Shown: positions 1-9,950 of the stretch, piece after piece
How positions within the stretch are numbered: the first letter of the stretch is position 1
Layout: the number at the start of each line of letters is the position of its first letter
Origin: an uncultured delta proteobacterium
GTDB lineage: Bacteria; Myxococcota_A; Polyangia; Haliangiales; Haliangiaceae
DNA length: 64,000 bases
Assembly (NCBI GenBank): GCA_963743525.1
Contig: CAVUQH010000024.1
Span: 193,763 to 257,762 of the forward strand
Direction of reading: 5' to 3'
Notes under the pieces: model-generated
Told to the model about the DNA's origin: nothing
Seen by the model: the letters and a program-made list of their open reading frames with translations, nothing else
The model's database searches: none
Position numbers and translations under genes: made by a program

Positions 1-31
1 CACTGACTGCCTTCGCGAACATGCCCCGCAG

Positions 32-2638
32 CTACTCGCCAGCGAGCTGACCAAGCTGCTGCGCGGAACGCGCGCCGGCTCTGATGGCATCTGCATCCGG
101 CAGCCAAATGGCGAACGATGCGCCGCCGTTAACGCCATCACCCACGCTTATGCTGCCACCGTGCTCTCGCACGATTCGGCGCGCAACCGACAACCCCAGA
201 CCAGACGTGCTGCCATCGTCTCCGGTCGTGTAGAAGGGATTGAAGATCCGCTCGCGCTCGGCCGCCGGAACGCCGGGTCCATCGTCTTGCAGCTCGAGCC
301 CGATTCCGCCACGATCGTGATCCCACGTGCGAACGTGAACCTGACACTGACCACCGCTGGCTCGCCTTGCATTGATGAAGAGGTTGAGCAGCACTTGCTC
401 AATCTGACCGGGGCGCAAGGAGACGAGGCGAGTCGCCGCCAGCTCCAGCTCGATGGAGATGCCCACACCGCGGACCCCTACCAAGGTGCAAACACGATGC
501 ACTACCTCGTTGATACTTGCCGGCTCCAGGCCACCCGGACCACCGCCTCGCGAGAACCGGCGCAAACCGTCGATGACCGCGCGCACCCGCCGGACTCCCT
601 CCGTGCCCGCTGCGTACGCCTGCTCGATTTCCCCACGCAAGACATCGGCTGCTTCCGCGTCCGAGTCGGGGAGCTCACTCAGCTCGTGGGCAGATTCGCT
701 CATCACGTATAGAGCGTTCTGGAGGAATCCCAGGGGATTGAGGATTTCGTGTGCAGCGCCCTCCGCCAACACCAGCAGCGACCGTTCTCGCTCTTCGATC
801 GCACTGTCGGCGTAGTGCTCCTCGCGCTCCAAGAGCCGCTGAACAGCTGCTCGCAGCTCCGAAGGCTGAAACGGCTTGGTCAGATAGATGTCCGCCCCAC
901 CCTCTCGGCCCTCGACCTTGTCTACTGGCGCCCCCCGCGCCGTCAGCAGAATGACGGGAATCCGCGCGGTATCCTGGCCGGCGCGTAGCTCGCGTACGAG
1001 ATCGAAGCCACTCATGCGCGGCATCATTACATCCGAGATCACCAGGTCTGGGTGCTTGGCTCGTGCCGCATCGAGTCCAGCCTGGCCATCTGCGGCGGTC
1101 ATGACCTCGTACCGTGAGGACAGCAGGGCAGCGAGAAACTGCAGCATGTCGGCACTGTCTTCGACGATGAGCACCCTCTCTGAACGTTCCGGGTTGCGCA
1201 CTCGGGGGGCGAGCCGTCGCTCCGTCGCCGCATCGACATGCAGCAACCGGTACTCATCGCGCTGGCGAAGAGCATGGTGCCACTCGGTCATGCCAGCAGC
1301 AGTAGTTCGGCGTTCATCGCTCACGAGACGCTCGACCTGACGACGTTCGATGGCGTGCTCGGGAACCGCCGGTTCGATGGGCAGAGTGAGCCGAATCGTC
1401 GTCCCCTGCCCTACCTTGCTCTGCGCATCCGTCCGACCACCGTGCAATTCGACGATCTCGCGGGCCAGTGCCAGACCGATTCCCGTACCGCCATGTCTAC
1501 GAGTTCCGGTTGGATCAACCTGATGAAAACGCTCGAAGATGCGAGCCAGGTGCTCTGCAGGAATTCCTTCTCCGGTGTCGATCACCTCGACCACAACCGA
1601 ATCATCGTCCCGCCGGAGGGAGAGCTCGACACTGCCCGCAGGACCCGTGAACTTGACCGCGTTGGCGAGCACGTTGAGCAGAACCCGCTCGATCTGATCC
1701 GGATCACACGTGATCAGTGGAACTTCTCCCGTTTGCGTCTGCGAGACCGAGATGTTCTTGCGAGCTGCGAGCGGTTTGATCCGCTCGACCAGATCCGCCG
1801 CGAGCTCGGCAACGTCGGTTTTCTGTAGACGCAACCGCATGCCCGCTGACTCCAGCCTGGACAACTCGAGCAGATCATCGACCAACCTGAGCAATCGCAG
1901 GGCGTTTCGCCGAGCCAGGCGCAACTGGTTTCGCACGGACTTTTCCAGGTTCTGGTCTTCCAGCAGCGCTTCGACCGGGGCCAGGACGAGCGTCAGAGGC
2001 GTGCGAAGCTCGTGACTGATGTTGGCGAAGAACTGGTTCTTGGCCCGATCGAGATCCTTCAATCGCTGTCGATCGTAGAAGGCTCGCTCCTCCAGGCTGT
2101 AGCGAAAGCCCATCCCTACGACCACGATGCCCAGGGTCGAAGCGACGATCAGCTGATGGGTAACGAAGTAGAAGAGGTTGTGCAGCGAGGCGCCAAACAG
2201 CGCGGGCAGGGCAAACGGCAGGTACACTCCGATTGCGAACACAATCGCGGCTCGACGAGGCGCCAGCGCAACGTAGCCGGCCGTGACGACGGCTAGCAGA
2301 ACGCCGGCGTAGTAAGGCGACCCATAACCCTGCCCGACGAAAACCATCACCTCGATCGACCAGGCAACCGTCGCTGCGGACAACAGGATGGTCGTCATCG
2401 CGTTGCGACGCATGAACTCGCGCGAAATCCGAGACAACACGAGCACGAGAATCGACAGCGCTTGGAGGAACACCCGCAGCGCGAGGAGCAACTCCAGATG
2501 CTCGTGAAACACGAACCGGTCGACGACGCCGAAGATCGGATTCAGAAAGAACAGAACCCCGGCGAACAGCAACACCCCCTGCAGGTTCTTGTCCTGGACC
2601 TCCTGGTCGAAAGACTCGTGCGTAGCTTCCGCTTTCAT
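32..2638 (-). CDS. Hybrid sensor histidine kinase/response regulator: membrane N-terminus, HisKA+HATPase, receiver domain, then a second HisKA-like/HATPase module
   Basis: 868-aa ORF. Hydrophobic N-terminus with about 6 TM segments. H-box 'FFANISHELRTPLT', HATPase G-boxes, receiver 'VLIVEDSADMLQF...DLVISDVMMPRMSGFDLVRELR', and a second kinase-like core '...HEILNPL...GLGLSVARRIVREHGGSISV'. Its start codon overlaps the stop of the upstream gene (atga), so the two are probably co-transcribed. Confidence 0.85.
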   Translation of the reverse strand: MKAEATHESFDQEVQDKNLQGVLLFAGVLFFLNPIFGVVDRFVFHEHLELLLALRVFLQALSILVLVLSRISREFMRRNAMTTILLSAATVAWSIEVMVFVGQGYGSPYYAGVLLAVVTAGYVALAPRRAAIVFAIGVYLPFALPALFGASLHNLFYFVTHQLIVASTLGIVVVGMGFRYSLEERAFYDRQRLKDLDRAKNQFFANISHELRTPLTLVLAPVEALLEDQNLEKSVRNQLRLARRNALRLLRLVDDLLELSRLESAGMRLRLQKTDVAELAADLVERIKPLAARKNISVSQTQTGEVPLITCDPDQIERVLLNVLANAVKFTGPAGSVELSLRRDDDSVVVEVIDTGEGIPAEHLARIFERFHQVDPTGTRRHGGTGIGLALAREIVELHGGRTDAQSKVGQGTTIRLTLPIEPAVPEHAIERRQVERLVSDERRTTAAGMTEWHHALRQRDEYRLLHVDAATERRLAPRVRNPERSERVLIVEDSADMLQFLAALLSSRYEVMTAADGQAGLDAARAKHPDLVISDVMMPRMSGFDLVRELRAGQDTARIPVILLTARGAPVDKVEGREGGADIYLTKPFQPSELRAAVQRLLEREEHYADSAIEERERSLLVLAEGAAHEILNPLGFLQNALYVMSESAHELSELPDSDAEAADVLRGEIEQAYAAGTEGVRRVRAVIDGLRRFSRGGGPGGLEPASINEVVHRVCTLVGVRGVGISIELELAATRLVSLRPGQIEQVLLNLFINARRASGGQCQVHVRTWDHDRGGIGLELQDDGPGVPAAERERIFNPFYTTGDDGSTSGLGLSVARRIVREHGGSISVGDGVNGGASFAIWLPDADAIRAGARSAQQLGQLAGE

Positions 2639-4092
2639 GAGGGTGATTCGATATAGACCAGGTAGGTGTAACCGGTCCGATCCAGCTTGACCTCGACGGA
2701 CGCCGCGTCGAGATGGTCTGCGAATGCCTTCATCTCCTGCTCACTCCGGTACAGCAGGGTCCAGTCGAGCAGGAACTCCGGCAACCAACCAATACCCGGA
2801 TTGTCCGCCATGTTCCCGACAACGAGCGTCCCCCCGGGTCGGAGCTGAGCATACAACATGGAAAAGATCTGGTTGGCGATCGGATCGGCGAGGTAGTCAA
2901 CCAGCCCCGCGCTGTAGACCAGGTCCTGCCGGGGCAAGCCGTCCAGAACCGTGGGGTCCTTCAACAGCTGAGCAAACGCGATGTGCAGACACTCCACACG
3001 CGAGCCGTTGTCGAGTTGGGCGATCAGCGGATAGACCTGATTGTACGCATACGACAATGCCGCTTCGTCCTGATCGATGAGGACCACGTGGAGGGGATGT
3101 GTCGGCGAGTGAGCGCGAAGAAACGTTTCGACCTCCCGCGCCGGCCCAGACCCCAAACTCGCGATTCGCACCGGCTCGTCCCGACTCCTGTGGCTCTGCT
3201 CGGCCTTGGCGACTGCGTGGGCGATTGCCTCCGCCAACATTTCCATCCGCGGGATCACGCACGCGGCCAAAGGGAACCGGGTGATGAGGCGGTGCAGCAG
3301 CTTTCCGTATGCGGTTTCGCCCTCCAGCCGCTGGGCGTAGAAAGCGTTCATCAAGATGAAATCACCGGGGTAACCGAGGGGCTTCTGATAGCCTCGGTAG
3401 CCGGCAACCCCCTCCTGGAACTCTGGGGTGAGGAGGACCTCGGTGAGATGTTTCGTCGCCCGATGTGATGGCGTTCCTGCGATGAGTGTCGATATCAGCT
3501 CTTCTGCCCGGTGCCGGAGTGGCGTCCACTCGGTCTCCAGATGCTCGTAGTAGTGGGACAGCATCTTCTCCGGAATCTCACCGTGGCCATCGGCCCGCGA
3601 GCTCTTCTGGGTCCGTTCGCAGACCGAACGGTAATAGCGGAGCACGAAGAGGATTTCGGCGCACAAGGCTCGATACGCGGTAGGCACGAGTCCTAGCTCG
3701 CGGGATGCTCCATGCTGCAAGTCACGCTGGAGCGACAGCGCATTGTGCTGGTCTACCAGTCGAGGGATGTCCAGGAAGCCCCGTACGAGCCGGACGCCGA
3801 CGACGAAGCCCCGCGGCGCCATCTCCAAGCGCGAGATGACGCCTTCTCCCTGATAGACCTCCGCTGCGTCGAGGCGCAGTGACAACGAGCACGATGCTCC
3901 AATCTCGAACGCATTGTGTTTTGCGAAGAACGAGAGGCCGTTCATGCTCAGGTCGCGAAGCTCTTGCGGCCCGTCGTCCACCAACAAGGTCGCCGGAACG
4001 CGCGTGATCAGATCGCGGGCGCGGTAGCGCCGACTGCGAAAGAAGATCTTCGAGCCCCGGGATCCACTGAGCTCGTCGTAGGCTTGGCTCAT
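2635..4092 (-). CDS. PilZ domain - class I SAM-dependent methyltransferase fusion protein
   Basis: 485-aa ORF. N-terminal PilZ-like segment 'RARDLITRVPATLLVDDG...DLSMNGLSFFA'. C-terminal Rossmann MTase motif 'IASLGSGPAREVETFL...VVLIDQDEAAL'. Start and stop overlap the neighbouring genes, which suggests an operon. Confidence 0.6.
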   Translation of the reverse strand: MSQAYDELSGSRGSKIFFRSRRYRARDLITRVPATLLVDDGPQELRDLSMNGLSFFAKHNAFEIGASCSLSLRLDAAEVYQGEGVISRLEMAPRGFVVGVRLVRGFLDIPRLVDQHNALSLQRDLQHGASRELGLVPTAYRALCAEILFVLRYYRSVCERTQKSSRADGHGEIPEKMLSHYYEHLETEWTPLRHRAEELISTLIAGTPSHRATKHLTEVLLTPEFQEGVAGYRGYQKPLGYPGDFILMNAFYAQRLEGETAYGKLLHRLITRFPLAACVIPRMEMLAEAIAHAVAKAEQSHRSRDEPVRIASLGSGPAREVETFLRAHSPTHPLHVVLIDQDEAALSYAYNQVYPLIAQLDNGSRVECLHIAFAQLLKDPTVLDGLPRQDLVYSAGLVDYLADPIANQIFSMLYAQLRPGGTLVVGNMADNPGIGWLPEFLLDWTLLYRSEQEMKAFADHLDAASVEVKLDRTGYTYLVYIESPS

Positions 4093-4096
4093 GTAG

Positions 4097-4951
4097 CTAG
4101 GCGATCTTCTGGAGGCTGATTCGGTAGAGAACGAAGATGCCGTACTCGTAGCCTTTGATCACGGCCGCGAGGAAGTGCTCCCAGGTAGCCACTCTCTCCT
4201 CCCCAACCAGCGCGACCGCTTCGTCTCGATGCATCTTGAGGCGTCGTAGCCACTCTCGACAGGTCCGAGCGTAGTGGTCCCCGTGTTCCACGACCGTGTC
4301 GGCGCGGAATAGCCGATCCGACGCCTCGACAATCTGTGAGAGACGCGGCATGTCTGACTCGGGAAAGACCTTGGCAACCGCGCTGCTGGCGACGAACTTG
4401 CCGGTGCCGTAGCCCATGGTCTGGACGGTCAACCAACCGCCATCCCGAAGCCACGATCGACACCGCTCGAAGAATGACCGGTAAATGTCGATGCGCTCAT
4501 CGTCGCTGTGGCTGGGTTTGACGAAATGTTCGATCGCGCCCAGCGAGATGATCGCGTCGTAGGGCTCTGCCGGCTCGTGGTCGGTCCAGCTCTCCAGTCG
4601 GCCTTCGACGGCCGGGCTGTTGGCACGCTGTATGTGCTCGATCTGTGCCTGACTCAGGGAAAGCCCCACAGCCTTGCCGACGCCGTGTTCTTCCGTGAGA
4701 GCGCGCAACATGGAACCCCACCCACAGCCCACGTCCAGGACTCTCCCGGCATTGGCGGCTCGCGCCGAGTGGATGTGGTAGGCGAGCTTCCGCCGCTGCG
4801 CATCCTCCAGGGATTCTTCGGAATCGTCCCCCCACAGCGCACACGAGTAGGTCATGCTGCTATCGAGCCAGAGGCTGTAGAACTGGTTGCTTAGGTCATA
4901 GTGAGCTTGAATGGCAGACGCAGAAGCGCCAGGCTGTTGGTCGATCCCCAT
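4097..4951 (-). CDS. Cyclopropane-fatty-acyl-phospholipid synthase family SAM-dependent methyltransferase
   Basis: CFA-synthase/mycolic-acid MTase-like motifs 'VLDVGCGWGSMLRALTEEHG...DAIISLGAIEHF'. ATG at 4951 chosen as start (MGIDQQP...). First gene of a three-gene minus-strand operon. Confidence 0.75.
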   Translation of the reverse strand: MGIDQQPGASASAIQAHYDLSNQFYSLWLDSSMTYSCALWGDDSEESLEDAQRRKLAYHIHSARAANAGRVLDVGCGWGSMLRALTEEHGVGKAVGLSLSQAQIEHIQRANSPAVEGRLESWTDHEPAEPYDAIISLGAIEHFVKPSHSDDERIDIYRSFFERCRSWLRDGGWLTVQTMGYGTGKFVASSAVAKVFPESDMPRLSQIVEASDRLFRADTVVEHGDHYARTCREWLRRLKMHRDEAVALVGEERVATWEHFLAAVIKGYEYGIFVLYRISLQKIA

Positions 4952-5026
4952 GTCGTGAGCTGATCTCCTTCTGGGTCGCGAGTGTGCCTCGCCGCATCCG
5001 CCCCCGACCAAAGCGACCCTTGCTAT

Positions 5027-5085
5027 GGATAGTAGTACAGGTGCTCCATTTTGGTGCACCCCTCCTGTACTCGACCACCCGCATC
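5027..5085. promoter_or_regulatory. Low-GC nested-palindrome element upstream of the CFAS/PilZ-MTase/hybrid-kinase operon
   Basis: 'tagtagtacaggtgctccattttggtgcacccctcctgtactcga': outer inverted repeat GTACAGG...CCTGTAC enclosing the self-complementary GGTGCACC and ggtgc...gcacc. It lies 80-130 nt upstream of start 4951 in an otherwise ~70% GC sequence. Confidence 0.4.
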
Positions 5086-5353
5086 AAGACTTTAACCGTG
5101 GGAGTCGCACATCCGCGCACACGGTCAGCTCCGGACAAAGGAGGCCCGTCGGCGACTTCGCCCACGGGCCTCGGTGTCGAGTAAAAGGAGCTAGGGCTAC
5201 GGAAGAGTGTCGCCGTCCTCCGAGCTGGAGTGACTCTCGATGGAGTCGCTGGCCATTGTCACCGACATGTGTGCCAGTGCTGTCGCGCCATCCGGGAGTG
5301 GGGCCCGGGGCGCAGCGAGTGGTGGCGTGGGCTCGGGCGGCGGGGCCGGCGGA

Positions 5354-6265
5354 TCAGCGGAGGCGAGTGGCGGCTTCGCCGTAGCGCCACAGCAGGCCGC
5401 GGGGGCTGGTCAGGCCGCCGGTGCCGGGGGCGATGAACAGGCCGGCGTAGCTGCCGTCGGGATGGATGCGGTGGATGCCGTTGGCGGCGGCCACGTAGAG
5501 GTCGCCGCTGGGGCCGAAGGTCAGCGCGACCGGGCCGTCGAGGACGCCGGGCTTGTCGAAGAAGACGTCAACCAGGGTGCGGTCGAGGGGGGCGTAGCGG
5601 AGGATGCGCGCGCGGTAGTAGTCGACCACGTAGAGCAGCTGGTCGGGGCCGAAGGTCAGGCCGGTGGCGTCGTCGAGCTCGGCCTGGTCGCCAAAGCGAT
5701 CGATCAGGGTCCCCTCTTCCGGGTTCCACACCTGGATCTGGCCGGGCGCGTTGGGGTCCCACGAGGTGGCGATGAACAGCTCGCCCTCGCTGCCGAAGGC
5801 GAAGCCGTGGGGGCGGCGCACGACGTCGCGGCCGAACGCGCGCACCAGGGTGCCGTCGCCATCGAGGACGACGACGTTCTCGGTGTCGTTGCCCAGGACG
5901 AAGAGCTGGGAGCCGTGGAAGATCGAATCGACCGGCTCTTGCAGCCACCACGGGTCGGCGTAGAAGACGCGCGAGAAGCGGCCCGCGGGCTCGTCGTACT
6001 CGAGGATCTGCCCGTGGCCGAAGTTGGCCACGTACATGTGGCCAAGCGGGTCGAAGCGGACGCTGGACGGCCGGTCGATCGGGCCGGGATCGCTGGTGCC
6101 GTCGGGGACGATCGGGCGAACCTCGCGGCCGGCGGTGTCGAACAGCAGCACGGCGTCGGCGGCGCGATCGCTGACCACCAGGGTGGCGTCGAAGACCGGG
6201 CCCGGGTCGGCGGTACGGCGCACTCGGACCGGCGGGCACGGAACCGGCGCGGGCTCGTCGGCCAT
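5354..6265 (-). CDS. NHL-repeat beta-propeller protein, probable lipoprotein
   Basis: Repeated NHL-like units (e.g. 'LLFDTAGREVRPIV', 'GHMYVANFGHGQILEYD', 'DQLLYVVDYYRARILRY', 'GDLYVAAANGIHRI'). A lipobox-like peptide 'VTSIVAACAALAAGC' is encoded in-frame immediately upstream of the annotated ATG, but there is no canonical start codon there. The true N-terminus is therefore uncertain. Confidence 0.6.
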   Translation of the reverse strand: MADEPAPVPCPPVRVRRTADPGPVFDATLVVSDRAADAVLLFDTAGREVRPIVPDGTSDPGPIDRPSSVRFDPLGHMYVANFGHGQILEYDEPAGRFSRVFYADPWWLQEPVDSIFHGSQLFVLGNDTENVVVLDGDGTLVRAFGRDVVRRPHGFAFGSEGELFIATSWDPNAPGQIQVWNPEEGTLIDRFGDQAELDDATGLTFGPDQLLYVVDYYRARILRYAPLDRTLVDVFFDKPGVLDGPVALTFGPSGDLYVAAANGIHRIHPDGSYAGLFIAPGTGGLTSPRGLLWRYGEAATRLR

Positions 6266-6382
6266 GCATCCAGCGGCCAGGGCGGCGCAGGCGGCGACAA
6301 TCGACGTTACGTAATCTCAGCCCGATCGTCCCATGCCACCCACCTAGCGTAACACGAACGTCACATCGGGACGAAGCGAGCG

Positions 6383-6883
6383 TCACTGCGGCGGACGGCT
6401 GCCGTTGAACTCCTGGCGGTTGACGCAGCCTTCGATCGTCGCGCAGTCGGGGTTGCCGTTGGTCGCCGGGGTGTAGCGGATCTCTCCGGTCAGGAAATCT
6501 CCGTCGGAGTCGGCGTCGAACGTGCTGTTGTAGGTGAAGGTGCAGTTGCCGTTGGTGGCCGAGCGGTTGCCGTAGATGGTCGCCGTGAGATGCGAGCCGT
6601 CAACGTCGCCCTGGTAGACGTGCCCGCCGAGGGCGAGGTCCAGCACCACCGCGGCGCCGCCGCCGACGGTGGCCGACATCGACGACCCCTCCTGGGTGAT
6701 GGTCACCGGGATGTTGCTGGAGGTGTTTCCCACGGTCCAGTTGTCGAAGTTGCAGCCGTTCTCGCGGTTGGTCAGCGCGACGGTGTAGTCGCCGGCGACA
6801 TCCGCCGGGTCGCTGCAGCCAAAGGCGGTGGCGACGAACGAAAGAACGACCAGGGAAAGTCCAAGGCGAGTAGTCGTAGTCAC
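6383..6883 (-). CDS. Small secreted lipoprotein, function unknown
   Basis: GTG start at 6883 gives 'VTTTTRLGLSLVVLSFVATAFGCSDP...' with lipobox FGCS. An AGGA motif lies about 8 nt upstream. The mature part is rich in N, G, T and S. The long ORF upstream of this start is Arg/Ala-rich and looks spurious. Confidence 0.55.
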   Translation of the reverse strand: MTTTTRLGLSLVVLSFVATAFGCSDPADVAGDYTVALTNRENGCNFDNWTVGNTSSNIPVTITQEGSSMSATVGGGAAVVLDLALGGHVYQGDVDGSHLTATIYGNRSATNGNCTFTYNSTFDADSDGDFLTGEIRYTPATNGNPDCATIEGCVNRQEFNGSRPPQ

Positions 6884-7057
6884 GGCTCGAATCCTATCCG
6901 ACGAGGTTGGCTCAGCGCGAAACTTCGGTTTCGTGAGGTGGGATGACCCTAGCGCCGGTGGGAGTCGGCCCCCACCCGCACAGAGCGGGAATTCGCGCAC
7001 AAATGCGGCAAGGCGAGCGTGTAGGTCGTGGCCCCACCCTTGCACTACCGCGCTGCG

Positions 7058-8067
7058 ATGAAAGCGATGCTCAGCGTTGGTTCGATCCTGATCCTCGCCG
7101 GCTGCACGGCCGACCTCGGCGGCGGCGCGGGCGGTGGTGGCGGCGGTGGCGGCGGACCCGACGCGGGCCCGGGCGGTGGCGGCAACGCCGACGCGGCGGT
7201 GTGCGATCAGGTCGAGCCGATCCAGATCATCCCGCCGCAGCCGCCGGACCTCTTGCTGGTGGTCAACAAGTCGGGATCGATGGGCGAGAACCTGGGCAAC
7301 GGTCAGCCCAAGTGGACGGTGATGCAGCAGGCGCTGATCGGCATCGTCAACCAGTACGGCGACGGCATCAACTTCGGGTTGATGACTTTCCCCAGCGACA
7401 ACAAGTGCGGGCCGGGCGCTCTTCGCGCGCCGATCGGCGCCGGCAGCGCTGTCGCGATCAGCGCCGCGCTGCTGACCACCGTCACCGGACGGCGGCACGC
7501 CGACCGACACGACCATCCAGGCGGCGATGTCGTACTACCAGTCGATCCCGACCAACCCCAACGGTCGGTTCGTGCTGCTCGCGACCGACGGCCAGCCCAA
7601 CTGCGGCGACCCCAACGACTCGTCGGTCCCGACCGTCACCCAGTCGATCGCCGCCATCGGCGCGCTCGCCGGCGCCGGGGTCAAGACGTTCGTGCTCGGC
7701 TTCGGCGACGCCGTGGTCAGCGATCCGACGACGCTGCAGGCGATGGCGCAGGCGGGCCAGACCGGGATGTACTACGCGGCGACGTCGCCGGCGCAGCTCG
7801 ACGCCGCCCTCGACGCGATCGCCGGACAGATCTCGGTGCCGCCGTGCACGATCGGACTGGTCACCACTCCCGACGACCCGGCGAAGCTGGGGGTGTTCTT
7901 CGACGGCACCGCGGTGCCGCGCAGTCCCGAGCCACGCCGACGGCTGGGATTACGACCCCGGGACCAACAGCGTGAACCTGTACGGCGACGCCTGCAGTCA
8001 ATTGCAGTCGGGCGCGGTCGGCGCGGTAAAGGTCAACTACGGCTGTGGTGGGCCGCTGGTCCTGTAG
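7058..8067 (+). pseudogene. von Willebrand factor type A (vWA) domain lipoprotein, interrupted by two frameshifts
   Basis: Signal/lipobox 'MKAMLSVGSILILAGCTADLGG' followed by a Gly-rich linker. vWA MIDAS region 'LLLVVNKSGSM' in frame 2, 'PDGGTPTDTTIQAAMSYY...RFVLLATDGQPN' in frame 0, and C-terminus '...AVPSHADGWDYDPGTNSVNLYGDACSQL...' in frame 1. Frame switches are near 7480 and 7930. Confidence 0.6.
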
Positions 8068-8111
8068 CGTCATGTAGGAAAAGGTCCGACCATCCTGGAA
8101 ACCGGTAATGC

Positions 8112-8648
8112 TTGTCACCGACTACAGGCGTGCTATTTGTCCGGAAGACGATGCCGGACGGACGCCGCCAATTCTCCCGGGTCGCAGTCCACATTCCCGC
8201 GCTGCTCGAGCTGCCTGGTCGCGCCAAGTCTGACGGTCGACGGCTGCCAGCGCAGCGCGTCCACGCCAACGTCACGTCGCTGTCGCCGGGTGGACTGCGT
8301 CTCGCGACCAACGAACAGTACGAGCTGCCGCTCGGTGCGTCGGCCCACGTGAAGATGACGCTGACGCTCGACGGCGAGACGCTGTCGCTGCCGGTGGCGC
8401 TGCTGTGGTGCCGGCACAACGACGGCGAGAGCTCCGACTTCGGCGGCCGCTTGCTGCTCGAGATCGCCGACGCCGACATCGCGGCAGTTCTACGCCCGCT
8501 GGATCGTCTCGCGGCTCACGACGCAACCGGCGGCGCTGGCTCGCGGCTGACCGCGTCGCCCAGCGCGGAACCTCCAGCGGCACCAGCGGCGCGTCGAGCG
8601 CGGCGCGGAGGATGTCGCCGAACGAGCCCTCGGCGCCCAGCCGGGTGA
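8112..8648 (+). CDS. PilZ domain-containing protein
   Basis: N-terminal 130 aa resemble a PilZ fold ('RRQFSRVAVHIPALLEL...LSPGGLRLATNEQ...LLWCRH'). The 3' end overlaps the convergent ABC1 kinase gene, so the true stop is uncertain. Confidence 0.45.
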   Translation: MSPTTGVLFVRKTMPDGRRQFSRVAVHIPALLELPGRAKSDGRRLPAQRVHANVTSLSPGGLRLATNEQYELPLGASAHVKMTLTLDGETLSLPVALLWCRHNDGESSDFGGRLLLEIADADIAAVLRPLDRLAAHDATGGAGSRLTASPSAEPPAAPAARRARRGGCRRTSPRRPAG

Positions 8649-9871
8649 GCACCGCGTGCAGCCCCCACTGCAGGCGCGTCTGCCAGATCCACGCCGGCGG
8701 AATCGCCAGGCGCCGGAGGTTGGGGTTGGAGGTACCGTTGATAGCGCGCGCCCTCGCGCAGGTGCTCGGCGGTGAAGCGAAAGTGGGCGCTGCGATACGG
8801 CGCCAGCTGATAGCACAGCATCTCCCAGTGGAGGTCGAAGTCGAAGCGCTTGGGCTTGGGCACCATGCCGGTGGCGAGCACGGCGTCGCGGAACAGCTCG
8901 CGGCGGTCGTCGATGACGATGCGGGTGAGCCTGCGGTCGGCCTCGAGGTAGTCGGGCTCGAACCGGCGCACGCAGCCGAAGTCGAGGAAGACGACGCGGC
9001 CGCGGCCGGGAAAGAGATAGTTGCCCGGGTGCGGATCGGCGTTGATGAGGCCGTGGGCGTACATCGATCGGTACGGGAAGCGGACCAACACCTGCGCCAG
9101 CGCGTTGCGCTCTTCGGCCGACGCGCCGTCGGCGACGTCGTAGAAGCCGATGCCGTCGTGCCACGCCGTGGTCAGCACCGGTCCGCGGGTGCGCTCGGCC
9201 AGCACCTCGGGCACGATCACCGCCGGGTCGCCGGCGAACGCGCGGGCGAACGCCGCCTGGTGGGCGCCCTCGCGCGGGTAGTCGCACTCCTCGACCACCC
9301 GATCGCGCAGCTCGTCGGCCAGCGCCGGACCGTCAACGGCGGTGAAGACCGAGGCCATGCGCGACAGGCGGCGGAGGCGCGAGAAGTCGGCCTCCATCGT
9401 CTTGCGCACCTGCGGGTACTGCACCTTGACCGCGACCCGGCGGCCGGCGACGCGGGCGCGGTAGACCTGACCAATCGACGCGGCCGCGACCGGCCGCGGA
9501 TCGAAGTCGTCGAACAGCGCCTCGACCGGGGCGCCGAACGCCTCCTCGATCACCTGGGCCATGGTGGCGAAGGCGACCGGCCTGGCCCCCTGCTGCAGCG
9601 TGCGCATCGCCGCCTGGGTGCCCTCGGGCAGGGCGCCGTCCATGTACGACAGCACCTGGCCGATCTTCATCGCCAGCCCCTTCATCGAGTCGAGCTCGCG
9701 GGCCATGCGCTCGCCGATCTTCTCCTCGGTCTCGCCCTCCTCGCGCCGCAGCAGGCGCCGCCCGGCCAGACGCGCCGCCGAGCCGGCGATGCGCGCGGTG
9801 GCCGCGGCGCGACGGCCCCAGCCGTGCTTGATCCCCTCGGGGGCGTCGTCGTCGCGACCGTCGTCGGCCAT
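8516..9871 (-). CDS. ABC1/UbiB-family atypical protein kinase
   Basis: ABC1 family signatures 'MKIGQVLSYMDGALPEG', 'AAASIGQVYRARVAGRRVAVKVQYPQV' and 'YAHGLINADPHPGNYLF'. Start placed at ATG 9871 (MADDGRDDD). Confidence 0.8.
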   Translation of the reverse strand: MADDGRDDDAPEGIKHGWGRRAAATARIAGSAARLAGRRLLRREEGETEEKIGERMARELDSMKGLAMKIGQVLSYMDGALPEGTQAAMRTLQQGARPVAFATMAQVIEEAFGAPVEALFDDFDPRPVAAASIGQVYRARVAGRRVAVKVQYPQVRKTMEADFSRLRRLSRMASVFTAVDGPALADELRDRVVEECDYPREGAHQAAFARAFAGDPAVIVPEVLAERTRGPVLTTAWHDGIGFYDVADGASAEERNALAQVLVRFPYRSMYAHGLINADPHPGNYLFPGRGRVVFLDFGCVRRFEPDYLEADRRLTRIVIDDRRELFRDAVLATGMVPKPKRFDFDLHWEMLCYQLAPYRSAHFRFTAEHLREGARYQRYLQPQPPAPGDSAGVDLADAPAVGAARGAHPAGRRGLVRRHPPRRARRAAGAAGGSALGDAVSREPAPPVAS

Positions 9872-9950
9872 GGGCGCATCGTAGGCGCTGTTGCCACCTG
9901 TTTCCATCCCTGAAACCGACCGGAAACAAGCCACTGATACCGTGCTCTCC

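Noticed and set aside
5240-6352. 370-aa Gly/Ala-rich plus-strand ORF
   Set aside because: Overlaps the NHL-repeat gene on the opposite strand. Low-complexity GA-rich translation. The NHL frame has real repeat structure.
6884-6905. 'ggctcgaatcc' resembling a tRNA T-arm
   Set aside because: Flanking sequence cannot form acceptor, D or anticodon stems. It is the RBS/start region of the small lipoprotein gene.
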